Assembly (NCBI GenBank): GCA_965197745.1
Contig: CBDANS010000005.1
Location: 445,562-509,561 of the forward strand
DNA from: Opitutales bacterium
GTDB taxonomy: Bacteria; Verrucomicrobiota; Verrucomicrobiia; Opitutales; PNEW01
Length of the DNA stretch: 64,000 nt
Reading direction: 5' to 3'
Shown: positions 44,168-54,639 of the stretch, one piece after another
Layout of the letters: each line of letters starts with the position of its first letter
Position numbering within the stretch: the stretch's first letter is position 1
Notes under the pieces: generated by a model
Databases searched by the model: none
What the model was told of the DNA's origin: nothing
The model's input: the letters and a program-made list of their open reading frames with translations, nothing else
Program-made: the position numbers and the translations under genes

Positions 44168-44421
44168 CCTTATATTTCCTGAGTGTAATGTGAAACGAAC
44201 CTGATCGTTAGCAGGATTTCTAGCATTATCTTCAAGTCTACCGCAAGCTTTGCCATAATTTCCATGGTAACGGCAAATTCATCCCTCTAATTGGATATAA
44301 CCTATATGATCAAAGCAGAGGGACTTACTCTATAAACTGTAGATTATTTTATTGTAATATATTCTCTGAACGGTAAAAAAATATTATCGACCCGAGAGAA
44401 TTATTTCCACGCGTTCCCATT

Positions 44422-44838
44422 TTGACGGGGCTCAATGACGAAGCCCTCAGTTCTCTCATTGAACGGGTGCGCACCTTCGATTATTCACCGGATAATATTG
44501 TCATCACTGAGGGTACATTGGGCGATACCCTCTATATTATTTCTGAAGGCTCTGTCGAGGTAGTGAAACACCTCGACATGCCTCATGAAACGGTTCTAAC
44601 GACATTGAAGGAGAAAGAAACATTTGGGGAAATGTGCATTATCGAACCGGTAGCCAGATCTGCTTCTGTTCGGGCCCTGGAGGAACCCACAGAGCTTTTT
44701 GCCCTACATAGTTCTGATCTGCACCGCCTTTATAAAATACATCCTGAACAATTCGCCATTCTCATCCTGAATATTTCACGGGAACTCTGTCGACGATTGA
44801 GGCAAGTTGACGAGATGTATTCCGCAAAAGCGAATTAA
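44422..44838 (+). CDS. Cyclic nucleotide-binding domain protein
   Basis: EG..GD.LYII.EGSVEV, FGEM and RSASVRA motifs. Confidence 0.9.
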   Translation: MTGLNDEALSSLIERVRTFDYSPDNIVITEGTLGDTLYIISEGSVEVVKHLDMPHETVLTTLKEKETFGEMCIIEPVARSASVRALEEPTELFALHSSDLHRLYKIHPEQFAILILNISRELCRRLRQVDEMYSAKAN

Positions 44839-44991
44839 GCCCGTTTTGCGACGGATAGAAAATTGCTTACAGGGTAATTCATTGCCCGTATTTCTGAAAG
44901 AGAGGGCAACGCCATAAATTTAAATGATCTCATCGGCTCTCACTTTCATTTCAGCTAGCTTCAGGAGCGAAACCTGCTTATAATTTCATTA

Positions 44992-45525
44992 ATGGTCGTC
45001 GTTTGGCTTTTTTATGTTTTATTGAGTATTCTCGGTTTCGGGTTAATTATTTGGCGGAGAAGCGAGGCCTTTCTATATGACCCCCTCATTTTACTAGCAG
45101 GCAATTGGCTGTTGTATTTAGGAGCATGTATTGCGCTGATTGTCGCTGTGCATTTATTTTCCCTCTGGGCTGTTAAAAGGTGGGTCTCACTCCAGGAAAG
45201 CGCAAAAGAGCTGAATCGCTGGCTTGGTAATAGAGCGGCGAGTCAAATAATTGTTTTGGTTATTGTTGGTGGAATAGGGGAGGAGTTATTTTTTCGCGGT
45301 TGGTTATTAAATGAATCAGGTCTTTTCTTTTCTTCATTCATATTCGGAATCGTGCATTGGCCCCCGAATAAGAATTGGCGTTTCTGGCCGATTTTTGCCT
45401 TTGTTATGGGGCTCATTCTCGGAGCCCTTTGTCTGTGGACAAAGACATTGATTTACGCGGTCATTGTCCATGCAGGTATCAATTATTTAAATCTGCGTCT
45501 TTTACCAGGAATGATCAAAGGGTAA
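44992..45525 (+). CDS. CPBP family intramembrane metalloprotease
   Basis: EELFFRG, FG.VH and HA..N motifs. Confidence 0.9.
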   Translation: MVVVWLFYVLLSILGFGLIIWRRSEAFLYDPLILLAGNWLLYLGACIALIVAVHLFSLWAVKRWVSLQESAKELNRWLGNRAASQIIVLVIVGGIGEELFFRGWLLNESGLFFSSFIFGIVHWPPNKNWRFWPIFAFVMGLILGALCLWTKTLIYAVIVHAGINYLNLRLLPGMIKG

Positions 45526-45535
45526 AAATGTTAAG

Positions 45536-46903
45536 CTATGGATTACCTTCCTTATTGAGGCGGGCAATTTTTCGCTGCGGGTTGATCATCCAAAAACCAC
45601 CAAAAGCAATAAAGGTGGGTATGATTGCGGAAAAAATATATATGGCATCATAATTCCCCAGATATTGCTTGGATACACTGAATAAAATGGGGCCCAGTGA
45701 GCTGCTAATCACGATGATGGAGGCGCCGAAACCGGATATGACTCCTAAATGTAATCGACCAAAATAGCGGGGCCATGAAACGCCACTTAAAACTTGCCAG
45801 CAGCCATTGGGAATACCGAGCCCAAGGATCATCATAATTATTCCGACCTCACTCCGCATTAAAAGCATTCCCGCCGGGGCCACAGCGGTCGATGCCGCCA
45901 TTAGAATGAGAACATAAGTTAATCGTGTTTTGTCGGCTATCCAGCCGGCAACAAAATTTGTAAACGCTCCCACTACGGCAATGGGGATGAATAAATTCAG
46001 TATCGATTCTTTATTTAAGCCCAATTCATCACCTATGGATATAACATGAAATGTATACCCTGTGGTAAACATCGCGCCGAATGAAAGTGTTAAATTAATT
46101 AACCAGAATGAGTATGTTTTAAAGGCTTGCTTTAATGTGAAATCACGGACGATGAGCATATCAGAGTTATTTGAATCCTCACTTTCAGGGGAGTCCTGCC
46201 CGTCCATTTTGAGATCGCATTCTTCAGGATTATCGCGAAAAAATATCCATGCGATCAAACTCAAGCAGAGGATCATAAATATCCCCATTAATATCCAAGT
46301 GCCCCGCCACCCCCACCATTGGATGAAAGCATCGAATACTTTAGGGGTTATAGAAAATACAAGAGTTGCGATGACGCCAGTGATGGCCATAACCAAACCC
46401 CTCTTTTTATTGAACCACTTGCCCATCATGTTTTGGCTCATCATCCAAAAAAAACCCTGGCCAATGATCCTGATTAAAAAGAAACCAGTGAAGATCGTAA
46501 AGAAGGCAGCAATCCCGCGGTTAAAGTGTATTAAATCAAAACTGATAAGCTCCGCAAAACGATCCGATTGACTTAATAATATTAGTGTCAGCCCCATCCC
46601 TACGGATGCGATAACGGTACATTTTCTTGCCCCGTACCGATCGTAAAGTCTGCCCGTCCAGGGTAGGAGTAAACCTGCAAACAAGGTGCCCAAAGAGTAT
46701 GCCAGGCTTAACTGGACGCGGCTCAAATTGAGATTAATTATCAGGTATTCAATAAAAACACTGACTCCAGAAGTCTGACCGGGCATGGATGCAATAAAGA
46801 CAAGAGTTCCTGCACCCATAATAATCCACCCATAAAAAAAGGAGAAGCGAGCGGGCGATATCGGAAAATCAGGAGCCCACATTTTTGAATTCTTTTCATT
46901 CAT
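45536..46903 (-). CDS. MFS transporter
   Basis: About 12 transmembrane helices; GRLYDRYGAR and GWIADK motifs. Confidence 0.9.
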   Translation of the reverse strand: MNEKNSKMWAPDFPISPARFSFFYGWIIMGAGTLVFIASMPGQTSGVSVFIEYLIINLNLSRVQLSLAYSLGTLFAGLLLPWTGRLYDRYGARKCTVIASVGMGLTLILLSQSDRFAELISFDLIHFNRGIAAFFTIFTGFFLIRIIGQGFFWMMSQNMMGKWFNKKRGLVMAITGVIATLVFSITPKVFDAFIQWWGWRGTWILMGIFMILCLSLIAWIFFRDNPEECDLKMDGQDSPESEDSNNSDMLIVRDFTLKQAFKTYSFWLINLTLSFGAMFTTGYTFHVISIGDELGLNKESILNLFIPIAVVGAFTNFVAGWIADKTRLTYVLILMAASTAVAPAGMLLMRSEVGIIMMILGLGIPNGCWQVLSGVSWPRYFGRLHLGVISGFGASIIVISSSLGPILFSVSKQYLGNYDAIYIFSAIIPTFIAFGGFWMINPQRKIARLNKEGNP

Positions 46904-47061
46904 ACAAAGAAGATAGGTATATTTATAGCAGGGTAGTTGCTGCTGATTGGTATTGCCTGAAGATAAAATTTTTGAATAGATAATGCTTTACGATGTAATC
47001 CTGTTGATACCTCACATGGATCGCTTACCATTAAACTTTCAATTTAACAGTCAAATTTATT

Positions 47062-47544
47062 ATGAACGAAATTCTTAAAACCTTGCTCGAAGGTGAAAGT
47101 CTCACCACCACTCAAATTGGGGAGATTTTAGGCATGGATGAATCTTCCGTTGAAAAGGAGCTGAAAAAACTTAGAGACGAAAATATTCTTCTCGGATGGC
47201 GCCCTATTTTAAACCCTCAAGCGGTAGAATCCGATCGCGTACGCGCAGTCATTGAAGTAAAGATAAGACCTGAACGAGAAGGAGGGTTTGATCGCACCTC
47301 AGAACGCATCAGCCGATTCTCTGAAGTAGAATCCTGCTACCTGATGTCGGGTGGCTATGATCTTCTCGTGATTGTAAAGGGAGATAATCTTCACGAGGTG
47401 GCTGCTTTCGTATCGGAAAAATTAGCCACCCTCACCGGCGTCCTGTCTACGGCAACCCATTTCCTATTACGGGCCTACAAAGAACAGGGTTATACCCTTG
47501 GCTCTGAAAGACAAGATTCTGATAAACCTGTCATCAGTCCGTAA
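47062..47544 (+). CDS. Lrp/AsnC family regulator
   Basis: HTH plus RAM domain (YLMSGGYDL). Confidence 0.9.
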   Translation: MNEILKTLLEGESLTTTQIGEILGMDESSVEKELKKLRDENILLGWRPILNPQAVESDRVRAVIEVKIRPEREGGFDRTSERISRFSEVESCYLMSGGYDLLVIVKGDNLHEVAAFVSEKLATLTGVLSTATHFLLRAYKEQGYTLGSERQDSDKPVISP

Positions 47545-48725
47545 TGAATCAAAATAGTTCAAAGTATGTGGCTAACCATGTCGAAGGGTTGCCGCGTTCC
47601 GGAATTCGCGATTTCTTCGCCATTGTCTCCCAATTGCCGGATGCGATTTCGCTGGGTATTGGCGAACCGGATTTCATCACACCCTGGCAGATTCGTGAAG
47701 CGGCAATATTTGCTCTTGAACGGGGTAAAACGAGCTATACCGATAATCTCGGGCTCATCGAATTGAGAAAAGTGATCGCAAACTATCTGGAGTCCCATTT
47801 TGGGTTAAGTTATAATCCTGAAAATGAAATTCTCATAACGACCGGTGTTTCTGAAGCTTTAGACATTACTTTGCGCGCAATTATCAATCCGGGAGATAAA
47901 GTTTTATATCACGAACCCTGTTATGTATCCTATCATCCTGGGGTAACTTTAGCGCACGGCGAAGCTATAGCGATTCCGACATACAAGAAAGATGATTTCT
48001 CACTTGATCCTGAGGCAGTGGTCAACTCCTGGCAGCCGGGATGCAAAGCGCTTCTTCTCAATTTTCCTACTAACCCTACTGGGGGAGTAATGGAGAGCGA
48101 AAAGTTAGAGAAAATTGCCCGTTTTGCTGTAGACAAAGATCTTCTTGTGATCAGCGACGAAATTTACGCTGAACTGACTTTTGAAGGGAAACATGTGAGC
48201 ATTGCCGCCCTTCCAGGAATGAAAGATCGAACTATTTTTCTTCATGGAGTCTCCAAAGCTTTTGCCATGACAGGATTTCGACTCGGATATGCCTGCGCTT
48301 CTTTAGCGCTTATTGAAGCGATGATGAAAGTGCATCAGTATAGTATGATGTGTGCGCCGATTATCAGTCAGGAAGCGGCCATTGAGGCCCTCAAGCACGG
48401 TGATGTCAGTGTCCGTAAGATGTTTGAACAATACCTGAAACGCCGTAATTATATCGTGCGTCGTTTTAATGAATCCGGTTTATCATGCCATATCCCCAAA
48501 GGCACTTTTTACGCCTTTCCCTGTATTGAATCGACAGGGTTAAATGAAATTGAATTTGCCCATCGCCTCCTTCATGAGGATAAAGTTGCGGTTGTGCCCG
48601 GCACCGCTTTTGGTAAACAGGGAAGAGGATTTGTGCGGGCCAGTTTCTCCACCAGTTATGAGCGGCTTATTGAAGCAACAGGCCGTATAGAACGTTTCGT
48701 TGATAGTCTCTCCCATGGAAAGTAA
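47544..48725 (+). CDS. Class I/II PLP-dependent aminotransferase
   Basis: LGIGEPDF, NPTG, SDEIY and SKAFAMTGFRLG motifs. Confidence 0.93.
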   Translation: MNQNSSKYVANHVEGLPRSGIRDFFAIVSQLPDAISLGIGEPDFITPWQIREAAIFALERGKTSYTDNLGLIELRKVIANYLESHFGLSYNPENEILITTGVSEALDITLRAIINPGDKVLYHEPCYVSYHPGVTLAHGEAIAIPTYKKDDFSLDPEAVVNSWQPGCKALLLNFPTNPTGGVMESEKLEKIARFAVDKDLLVISDEIYAELTFEGKHVSIAALPGMKDRTIFLHGVSKAFAMTGFRLGYACASLALIEAMMKVHQYSMMCAPIISQEAAIEALKHGDVSVRKMFEQYLKRRNYIVRRFNESGLSCHIPKGTFYAFPCIESTGLNEIEFAHRLLHEDKVAVVPGTAFGKQGRGFVRASFSTSYERLIEATGRIERFVDSLSHGK

Positions 48726-50133
48726 TCGTCATGTTGCTATTATTGGCCGGCCCAATGTGGGCAAGAGCCGGCTCTTCAACCGCCTGGGCAATACGCGTGT
48801 TGCCATTGTGCACGACCAGGCAGGGGTGACGCGAGATGTCAATAGTATTATGGTCGATGATAAATACATGCTCCTTGACACGGGGGGGATTGGTCTGGCC
48901 GTAGATGATGATAATCAGGATTTAAAAAGAGCGGTAGATGAACAGGTGAATTTCGCGATTCAAGCATCTGATTTAATTTTATTACTGGTGGATGGTCGCG
49001 AGGGACTTACGACCCTTGACGAATTTATCGTGGATATGCTCCGTGCTGATGGAAAGAGACCTTTATTAGTGATTAATAAAATAGATTCACCAGGGCTTGA
49101 GTTAGAAGCGGGGGAGTTTGCCCGCCTTGGTTTTGGTGAAGGGATTATGATTTCCGCCGAGCATGGTCGTGGCATAGATAATCTTCGGTCTCAGATTGAT
49201 TCCTTTTTAGGTCCAAAAGCTTCCACTTCGAGAGATGAAGAAAATCCGCGAATTACTCTTTCTTTTCTGGGGAGGCCTAATGTGGGCAAATCATCACTTT
49301 GCAATAGTTTAATCCATTCGGAAAGGTTAATTGTAAATGAAACTCCAGGGACGACTAGAGATGCTATAGAAATCGAATTTGACTACCATAAATCTGAAAA
49401 TACGTGCTGGCCCTTCAGCCTTATCGATACCGCCGGTCTTCGAAAAAAAAATAAAGTTAATACTTCGATTGAATTTTTTTCATCGGTTAGATCCCATCAT
49501 GCTATTGAGCGGTCCGATGTCGTCTTTTTAGTCCTGGACGCAAAAACGGGAGTGACAAAGCAGGATAAATTACTGGCCGGTAAAATCGTAGATTCGGGGA
49601 GTAGTATTGCTGTCTTAGTTAATAAATGGGATTATGCGCTGGAAGCCTTTGTGCGAAATCCTATTCGGGGTTATGATAATGAAGAGAAGTTTCGCCATGA
49701 TTTTACGAGGGCCGTAAAAAAAGAACTCTTTTTCCTTCCAGGGAGCCCGGTGCTCTTTGTCTCCGCAAAGACCGGATATGCTCTGGAAGAAATATTTGAG
49801 ACCGCGCGATCTTTAGACCAGACATCACGCCGTGTCCTCGCTACACCCCAACTCAATCGGTTTCTCGCAACTATTCTAAAGCGTAGGGAGCCTAGAGTAA
49901 TAAAGGGGCGGAGATTTAAAGTTTATTACGCGGTGCAAACTGGCAATCACCCGCATCGTATTCGCCTCTATTGCAACCAGGCAGCAAAATTAGATGACAG
50001 TTATCGGCGATTTTTACAATCCAGCATTTTAGCCGAGTATAAATTGCAAGGCTGTCCAGTGAAGATTGAGCTCGTCGGCAAGTCCACCCGTGATAAATCG
50101 GCAGGCAATTTAAAATTAGCACATAAAGGTTAG
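48715..50133 (+). CDS. der: Ribosome biogenesis GTPase Der
   Basis: Tandem GRPNVGKS GTPase domains and a KH-like tail. Confidence 0.95.
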   Translation: MESNRHVAIIGRPNVGKSRLFNRLGNTRVAIVHDQAGVTRDVNSIMVDDKYMLLDTGGIGLAVDDDNQDLKRAVDEQVNFAIQASDLILLLVDGREGLTTLDEFIVDMLRADGKRPLLVINKIDSPGLELEAGEFARLGFGEGIMISAEHGRGIDNLRSQIDSFLGPKASTSRDEENPRITLSFLGRPNVGKSSLCNSLIHSERLIVNETPGTTRDAIEIEFDYHKSENTCWPFSLIDTAGLRKKNKVNTSIEFFSSVRSHHAIERSDVVFLVLDAKTGVTKQDKLLAGKIVDSGSSIAVLVNKWDYALEAFVRNPIRGYDNEEKFRHDFTRAVKKELFFLPGSPVLFVSAKTGYALEEIFETARSLDQTSRRVLATPQLNRFLATILKRREPRVIKGRRFKVYYAVQTGNHPHRIRLYCNQAAKLDDSYRRFLQSSILAEYKLQGCPVKIELVGKSTRDKSAGNLKLAHKG

Positions 50134-50146
50134 AGAGCGAGGTGTC

Positions 50147-51160
50147 GTGAATACAGTTTTTATGGGTTCTGATGCAATCGCTATACCTATTTTGGAGGAC
50201 TTGGTAGGGCATCTCAGGGATAAAGTAATTTTAAAGGGTGTAATTACACAACCTGACAGGCGATCTGGCCGGGGAATGAAAAAACAGGTCAATCCAATTA
50301 AGGATTGGGCTGAAGAAAATAAAATCACGGTGTTGCAGCCTGTGAAATTGGGAAGTGATATCTGCGAGTGGTTACGGAAAGAGGACTGTGATCTTGTCAT
50401 CGTAATGGCGTATGGCCGTATCCTCAGGGCTGATCTTTTAAATACGCCACCCCTGGGAGTGCTAAATTTACACGCGTCCATCTTACCTGCCTACCGTGGA
50501 GCATCACCCATCCCGGCAGCCATTGCCTCAGGAGATTCAGTTACCGGCATCACTCTCATGCGGGTAGTTCCCGAACTCGATGCCGGACCGATGATGGATA
50601 ATGAAAAGGTAAATATAGAATTGAACGATGATGTATTGTCTTTAAGTGATAAAATTGCAGCAGCGTCTGTTCCCCTGATACGAAGAAATTTACGAGGTCT
50701 AATTGAAAGAAATACGGGATTAATTCCGCAAAATCCTAAGGAAGCCACTTATACCCGTTTATTAAAAAAGGAAGATGGGGCGCTCAATTTTCATGTCTCG
50801 GCTCTCGAATTGGTTAATCGTATCCGGGCGCTGAAAATTTGGCCGGGCTGTTTTTTTAAATTCAACAATCAGCGAATCAAAATCGGACGTGCCGAAGCTG
50901 ACAGTGACAATTACGCATCCGGCGCGGGCATCGTGTTGGGAGAAGATAAGGGAGCCTTCTGTGTGAGTGCACAATCTGGCATACTGCGGATGCTTGAATT
51001 ACAACGCCCGGGGGGTCGCATGGTATCGGCTCCCGCATTTCTGAGAGGGCTGAAGATAGAGAGGGGCACCGTTTTGCCGCATACGAAGATGCTGCCTCTC
51101 GTTTCAGCAACACCATTTCCGAAAATAAAAAAAGCCACTACAGAACCCCGTGGGAATTAG
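50147..51160 (+). CDS. fmt: Methionyl-tRNA formyltransferase
   Basis: FMGS, TQPDR..GRG, NLHASILP.YRGASP and LDAG motifs. Confidence 0.95.
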   Translation: MNTVFMGSDAIAIPILEDLVGHLRDKVILKGVITQPDRRSGRGMKKQVNPIKDWAEENKITVLQPVKLGSDICEWLRKEDCDLVIVMAYGRILRADLLNTPPLGVLNLHASILPAYRGASPIPAAIASGDSVTGITLMRVVPELDAGPMMDNEKVNIELNDDVLSLSDKIAAASVPLIRRNLRGLIERNTGLIPQNPKEATYTRLLKKEDGALNFHVSALELVNRIRALKIWPGCFFKFNNQRIKIGRAEADSDNYASGAGIVLGEDKGAFCVSAQSGILRMLELQRPGGRMVSAPAFLRGLKIERGTVLPHTKMLPLVSATPFPKIKKATTEPRGN

Positions 51161-51256
51161 AATCTCACACTAAATCTTGAATATTTTTAACTTTTCTTTG
51201 AATCATTGAGACTTATTTTCTGTCCAAGAGGAATGGTTAGGTATTATTTATATTTT

Positions 51257-51925
51257 ATGAACTTACCCTTTTTAGCAATTACCGGTAAAATAAGTATAGT
51301 GGTATCCTTATTGTTCGTTCTGCTGGTTTTTCCCAAAGCATTATTAGAGGGGAAAGAGAGCGGAGCATCGTCAGGGAAATACCCGAGTCCGTCGACTGAT
51401 ATTTCTCAAATTAAGTTGGCAAATCTCAGTTCAGATATAAATATGCTTCAAGCCAAAGTCGCGCGTCTTGAGATGCTGGTTGAGCAGCTTAACCGGGAAA
51501 ATGCTGAACTTCGGGTGGAGCTGGGAGAGAAAGCAGATAAAGATAATCAATACGTAACTAAGTCTGAGCTCTCTGGAGCGCTTAATGAACTCAGTCAGGA
51601 TCTCATCAATAATGATACAAAACAAAAGAATTCCATCATCAGCGAGGTCAGTCAATTGATGGAGCGATTGGCGATACAGACGGAGAGTGCACTGAAAGCC
51701 CTGGCTGAGTCGATTGAAGCGCAACCGGTTGTCGATCCCACAATCCAGTTTTCTGATGACTATTCCAAAGAGGGTGTAGCTTATACGGTACAAAGCGGTG
51801 ACACCCTTTCAGAAATTGCGCGACGCTTCAATTCCACCGTGAGTGATATTCAAAATGCCAACCGCATTACCGATCCCAGCAAATTACAGGTAGGGCGTAC
51901 AATTTTTGTGCCAAAATCAGAGTAA
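51257..51925 (+). CDS. Coiled-coil LysM-domain protein
   Basis: C-terminal YTVQSGDTLSEIA..F LysM domain. Confidence 0.88.
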   Translation: MNLPFLAITGKISIVVSLLFVLLVFPKALLEGKESGASSGKYPSPSTDISQIKLANLSSDINMLQAKVARLEMLVEQLNRENAELRVELGEKADKDNQYVTKSELSGALNELSQDLINNDTKQKNSIISEVSQLMERLAIQTESALKALAESIEAQPVVDPTIQFSDDYSKEGVAYTVQSGDTLSEIARRFNSTVSDIQNANRITDPSKLQVGRTIFVPKSE

Positions 51926-51932
51926 CAATTCA

Positions 51933-52946
51933 ATGGCTAAATCAAAGAAGAGACTGGGCCGCGGGTTAGACAGCCTTATCAGTCGAGGGATAAGCAAATC
52001 TAAGAAAAAAGTAAAGAAGAGGAAGACTATCCCTAAAGCGACAAAGAAGAAATCCGTAAAAAAGGCCGGGATCGTAAAAGGGGCACGTTCACAATCCAAT
52101 AATACAAAGGGACAAAGAATATCCGAAAAAAAAGACCATCGGACTGTCAGCGAAAATGGTTTTTTAGAAATCCCTCTATCTAAGATTCAAACAAATCCTT
52201 ATCAGCCGCGGCGAGTGATCAATCTCGAGCAAATCAGTGAGCTTGCCGACAGTATACGTTCAGAAGGATTACTGCAGCCAATCGTTGTTAGAAATAAGGG
52301 TGACGGCTTCGAGATTATTGCCGGGGAAAGGCGATTTCGTGCCTGTAAAGAACTTAACCTTAGAACGATCCCCGCGCGTGTGATGAAAGCAAGCGACTCA
52401 TCATCCGCGGTAATGACCATGATTGAGAACCTGCAGCGTGAGGGGCTAAATCCAGTTGACGAGGCATTAGGTTATGCGAGTTTAATTCGCGATTTTGATC
52501 TTACCCAGGAAAGAGTATCTGAGCGAGTGGGAAAGGGTAGGGCAACCGTGGCAAATTCGCTGCGGTTGTTGCAACTGGAAGAAGAAATCCAGGGATTTCT
52601 CAGCATGGGGCTAATGTCAGCGGGGCAGGCAAAAGCGCTTCTCGGAATTGATGATCAGGAACAGCGTCTAATTCTCGCGCGGCGTATAATTGAAGAGGGC
52701 TTAAGTGTGAGAGAGACGGAGAGACTCACTAAGAAGGTGAAAAGCAGCAAGGTAGTATCTATTTCAACGCGCCCCATGACGGAATCCGAAAGTGTCGCCG
52801 TTCAAGATTTAGAAAAGAAAATCTCTTCTCAGCTGAATACGAAAGTTCTCGTGCGGCATACATCGAAAAAAGGGAAAATTGTTATAGAATATTATGGCAA
52901 TGAAGATCTGCAAAGAATATTGGAGAAACTTCAATTAGCCCAGTGA
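51933..52946 (+). CDS. parB: ParB/Spo0J partition protein
   Basis: LGRGLDSLI, NPYQPR, IIAGERR, ENLQRE and an HTH. Confidence 0.94.
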   Translation: MAKSKKRLGRGLDSLISRGISKSKKKVKKRKTIPKATKKKSVKKAGIVKGARSQSNNTKGQRISEKKDHRTVSENGFLEIPLSKIQTNPYQPRRVINLEQISELADSIRSEGLLQPIVVRNKGDGFEIIAGERRFRACKELNLRTIPARVMKASDSSSAVMTMIENLQREGLNPVDEALGYASLIRDFDLTQERVSERVGKGRATVANSLRLLQLEEEIQGFLSMGLMSAGQAKALLGIDDQEQRLILARRIIEEGLSVRETERLTKKVKSSKVVSISTRPMTESESVAVQDLEKKISSQLNTKVLVRHTSKKGKIVIEYYGNEDLQRILEKLQLAQ

Positions 52947-52975
52947 TTGAATAATTGCCGTTACCTTTAAGGTTT

Positions 52976-54293
52976 TGGTCGTGACCACGAAAACTGGTCC
53001 ACTTGAAAAGTTAGTCTGGGTAACCTAGAAAGGACTCAGACAATGAAAGGCAAAAGATACACAACTGAAGAGAAAATACGGATGCTGCGGCAGGCGGACA
53101 AAGGGAAAACGATCCTGGAAGCATGCCGCGAGAACAACATTAGCGAACAGACTTTCCACCGCTGGAAGCGTGAGTTTGGGATGATTGATGTCGACCAGGC
53201 CAAGCGGATGAAGGAACTCTTTGAAGGAGAACGCGCGGTTAAAACGGATGCTGGCGGACAAGCTGCTGGGGATAGAGATCCTGCAGGAGACCCTCGAAAA
53301 AAAACTGTAAGCCCTGGGCACAAGCGGCAAGTGGCAGAGAGACTTGTGGCTCGGGGCCAGTGTTCGATGCGAGCGGGGTGCCGGTACTTTCGGCTGCACC
53401 GTTCCACCTATGCGTATAAGGCGAAGCATCCGGATGCTTGGTTAATGAAACTGAAGGCGGCAGTAAGGCGGTTATCACGGCAATATGCCAGGTGGGGCTA
53501 TCCGAAGATCACGAAGCTGTTGAAAGACGAAGGCTGGGAGGTGGGTAAACGTCTCGTGCAAGGTCTACGACGCGAACTGGGCTTGGCGATCCCCCAACGC
53601 AAGCCAAGACGTCGGGGCAGGGGTGTTTCCACCGGGCTGCCGACCAAGGCCGAACATCCCGGCCATGTTTGGACCTGGGATTTTATCCACGATAAGACGG
53701 TCCGCGGTGGCAGTTTAAAAATGTTGACCGTGCTCGATGAGTACACCCGCGAGTGCCGGGTGATCCATGTTGATCGCCATATCAATGCGGAAACGGTGCG
53801 CGGTATCATGCAAAAACTGCTTGCCCGTCATGGGCCGCCACAATATATTCGCAGTGACAACGGTTCCGTTCCGAGGAGCGAAGCGACGACATGCGAAGCC
53901 ATTCATTGAAAAGGAATTGAGAGCCTGGCTAACTGCGATGAAAATCAAAACCCTCTATATCGAACCAGGAAGCCCTTGGCAGAACGGATACATCGAATCG
54001 TTGCATGCCCGTTTTCGCGAGGAGTGTTTAAACCGTGAACAGCTATGGACTTTGACCGAAGCCCGCGTGGTGATCGAGGACTGGCGCTGGCTTTACAATA
54101 ATGTCCGACCCCACCGCAGCCTCGGCAATATCACCCCACGGTGCTTCGCTGAAGACATTAATACCGAAGGCTTGGGCTCCATTCGGGCTACGCCCTCATT
54201 GCGCCCAAGCCTTGACTTCCTCTACCAACTTAACTTCAACATTAACCTCTCCAGACTAACTCTCTCGGTGGACCAGTTTACGTAACCCGATCA
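52976..54293 (+). mobile_element. IS3-family element 2, orfB interrupted by the 32-nt insert
   Basis: Inverted repeats TGGTCGTGACCACGAAAACTGGTCCAC / TGATCGGGTTACGTAAACTGGTCCAC; no flanking target duplication. Confidence 0.9.
53043..54285 (+). pseudogene. IS3 OrfA/OrfB transposase with an extra T near 53220 and an insert at 53869-53900
   Basis: OrfA HTH, WTWDF, VLDEYTREC, SDNGS|FI and PGSPWQNGYIES motifs. Confidence 0.85.
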
Positions 54294-54639
54294 GGGGTCT
54301 GGCACACCCCGTTTCCATTACACCCCAAGGTGTCATACCGAAGCTGATCCAATCCTATCCAAAGAATATTCGGTCTCATTTCGTAATGCCGCACATCAGC
54401 GCGTTTTAAGTGTTGGGTAAGAAGGGTTCAGGGTGGAAGATGTCGGGCTACGCCCTCGGTACAGGGTTCAGGGTTGTAAGAGGTTTTTTCCGTTAGGATA
54501 AATCCGAATTCCGATATCGGCAATCATTATAATCCGCAATTGACAGACTCCATTTGCCATATCACATCGAGGTTGGATAAAGTTGATTACGAGAAAACAT
54601 CCCCGCCAAATGTTCTCGAATAAATACGATCTGTGTGCT

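Noticed and set aside
51933..52975. parABS locus
   Set aside because: No adjacent parA and no parS palindrome was noticed.
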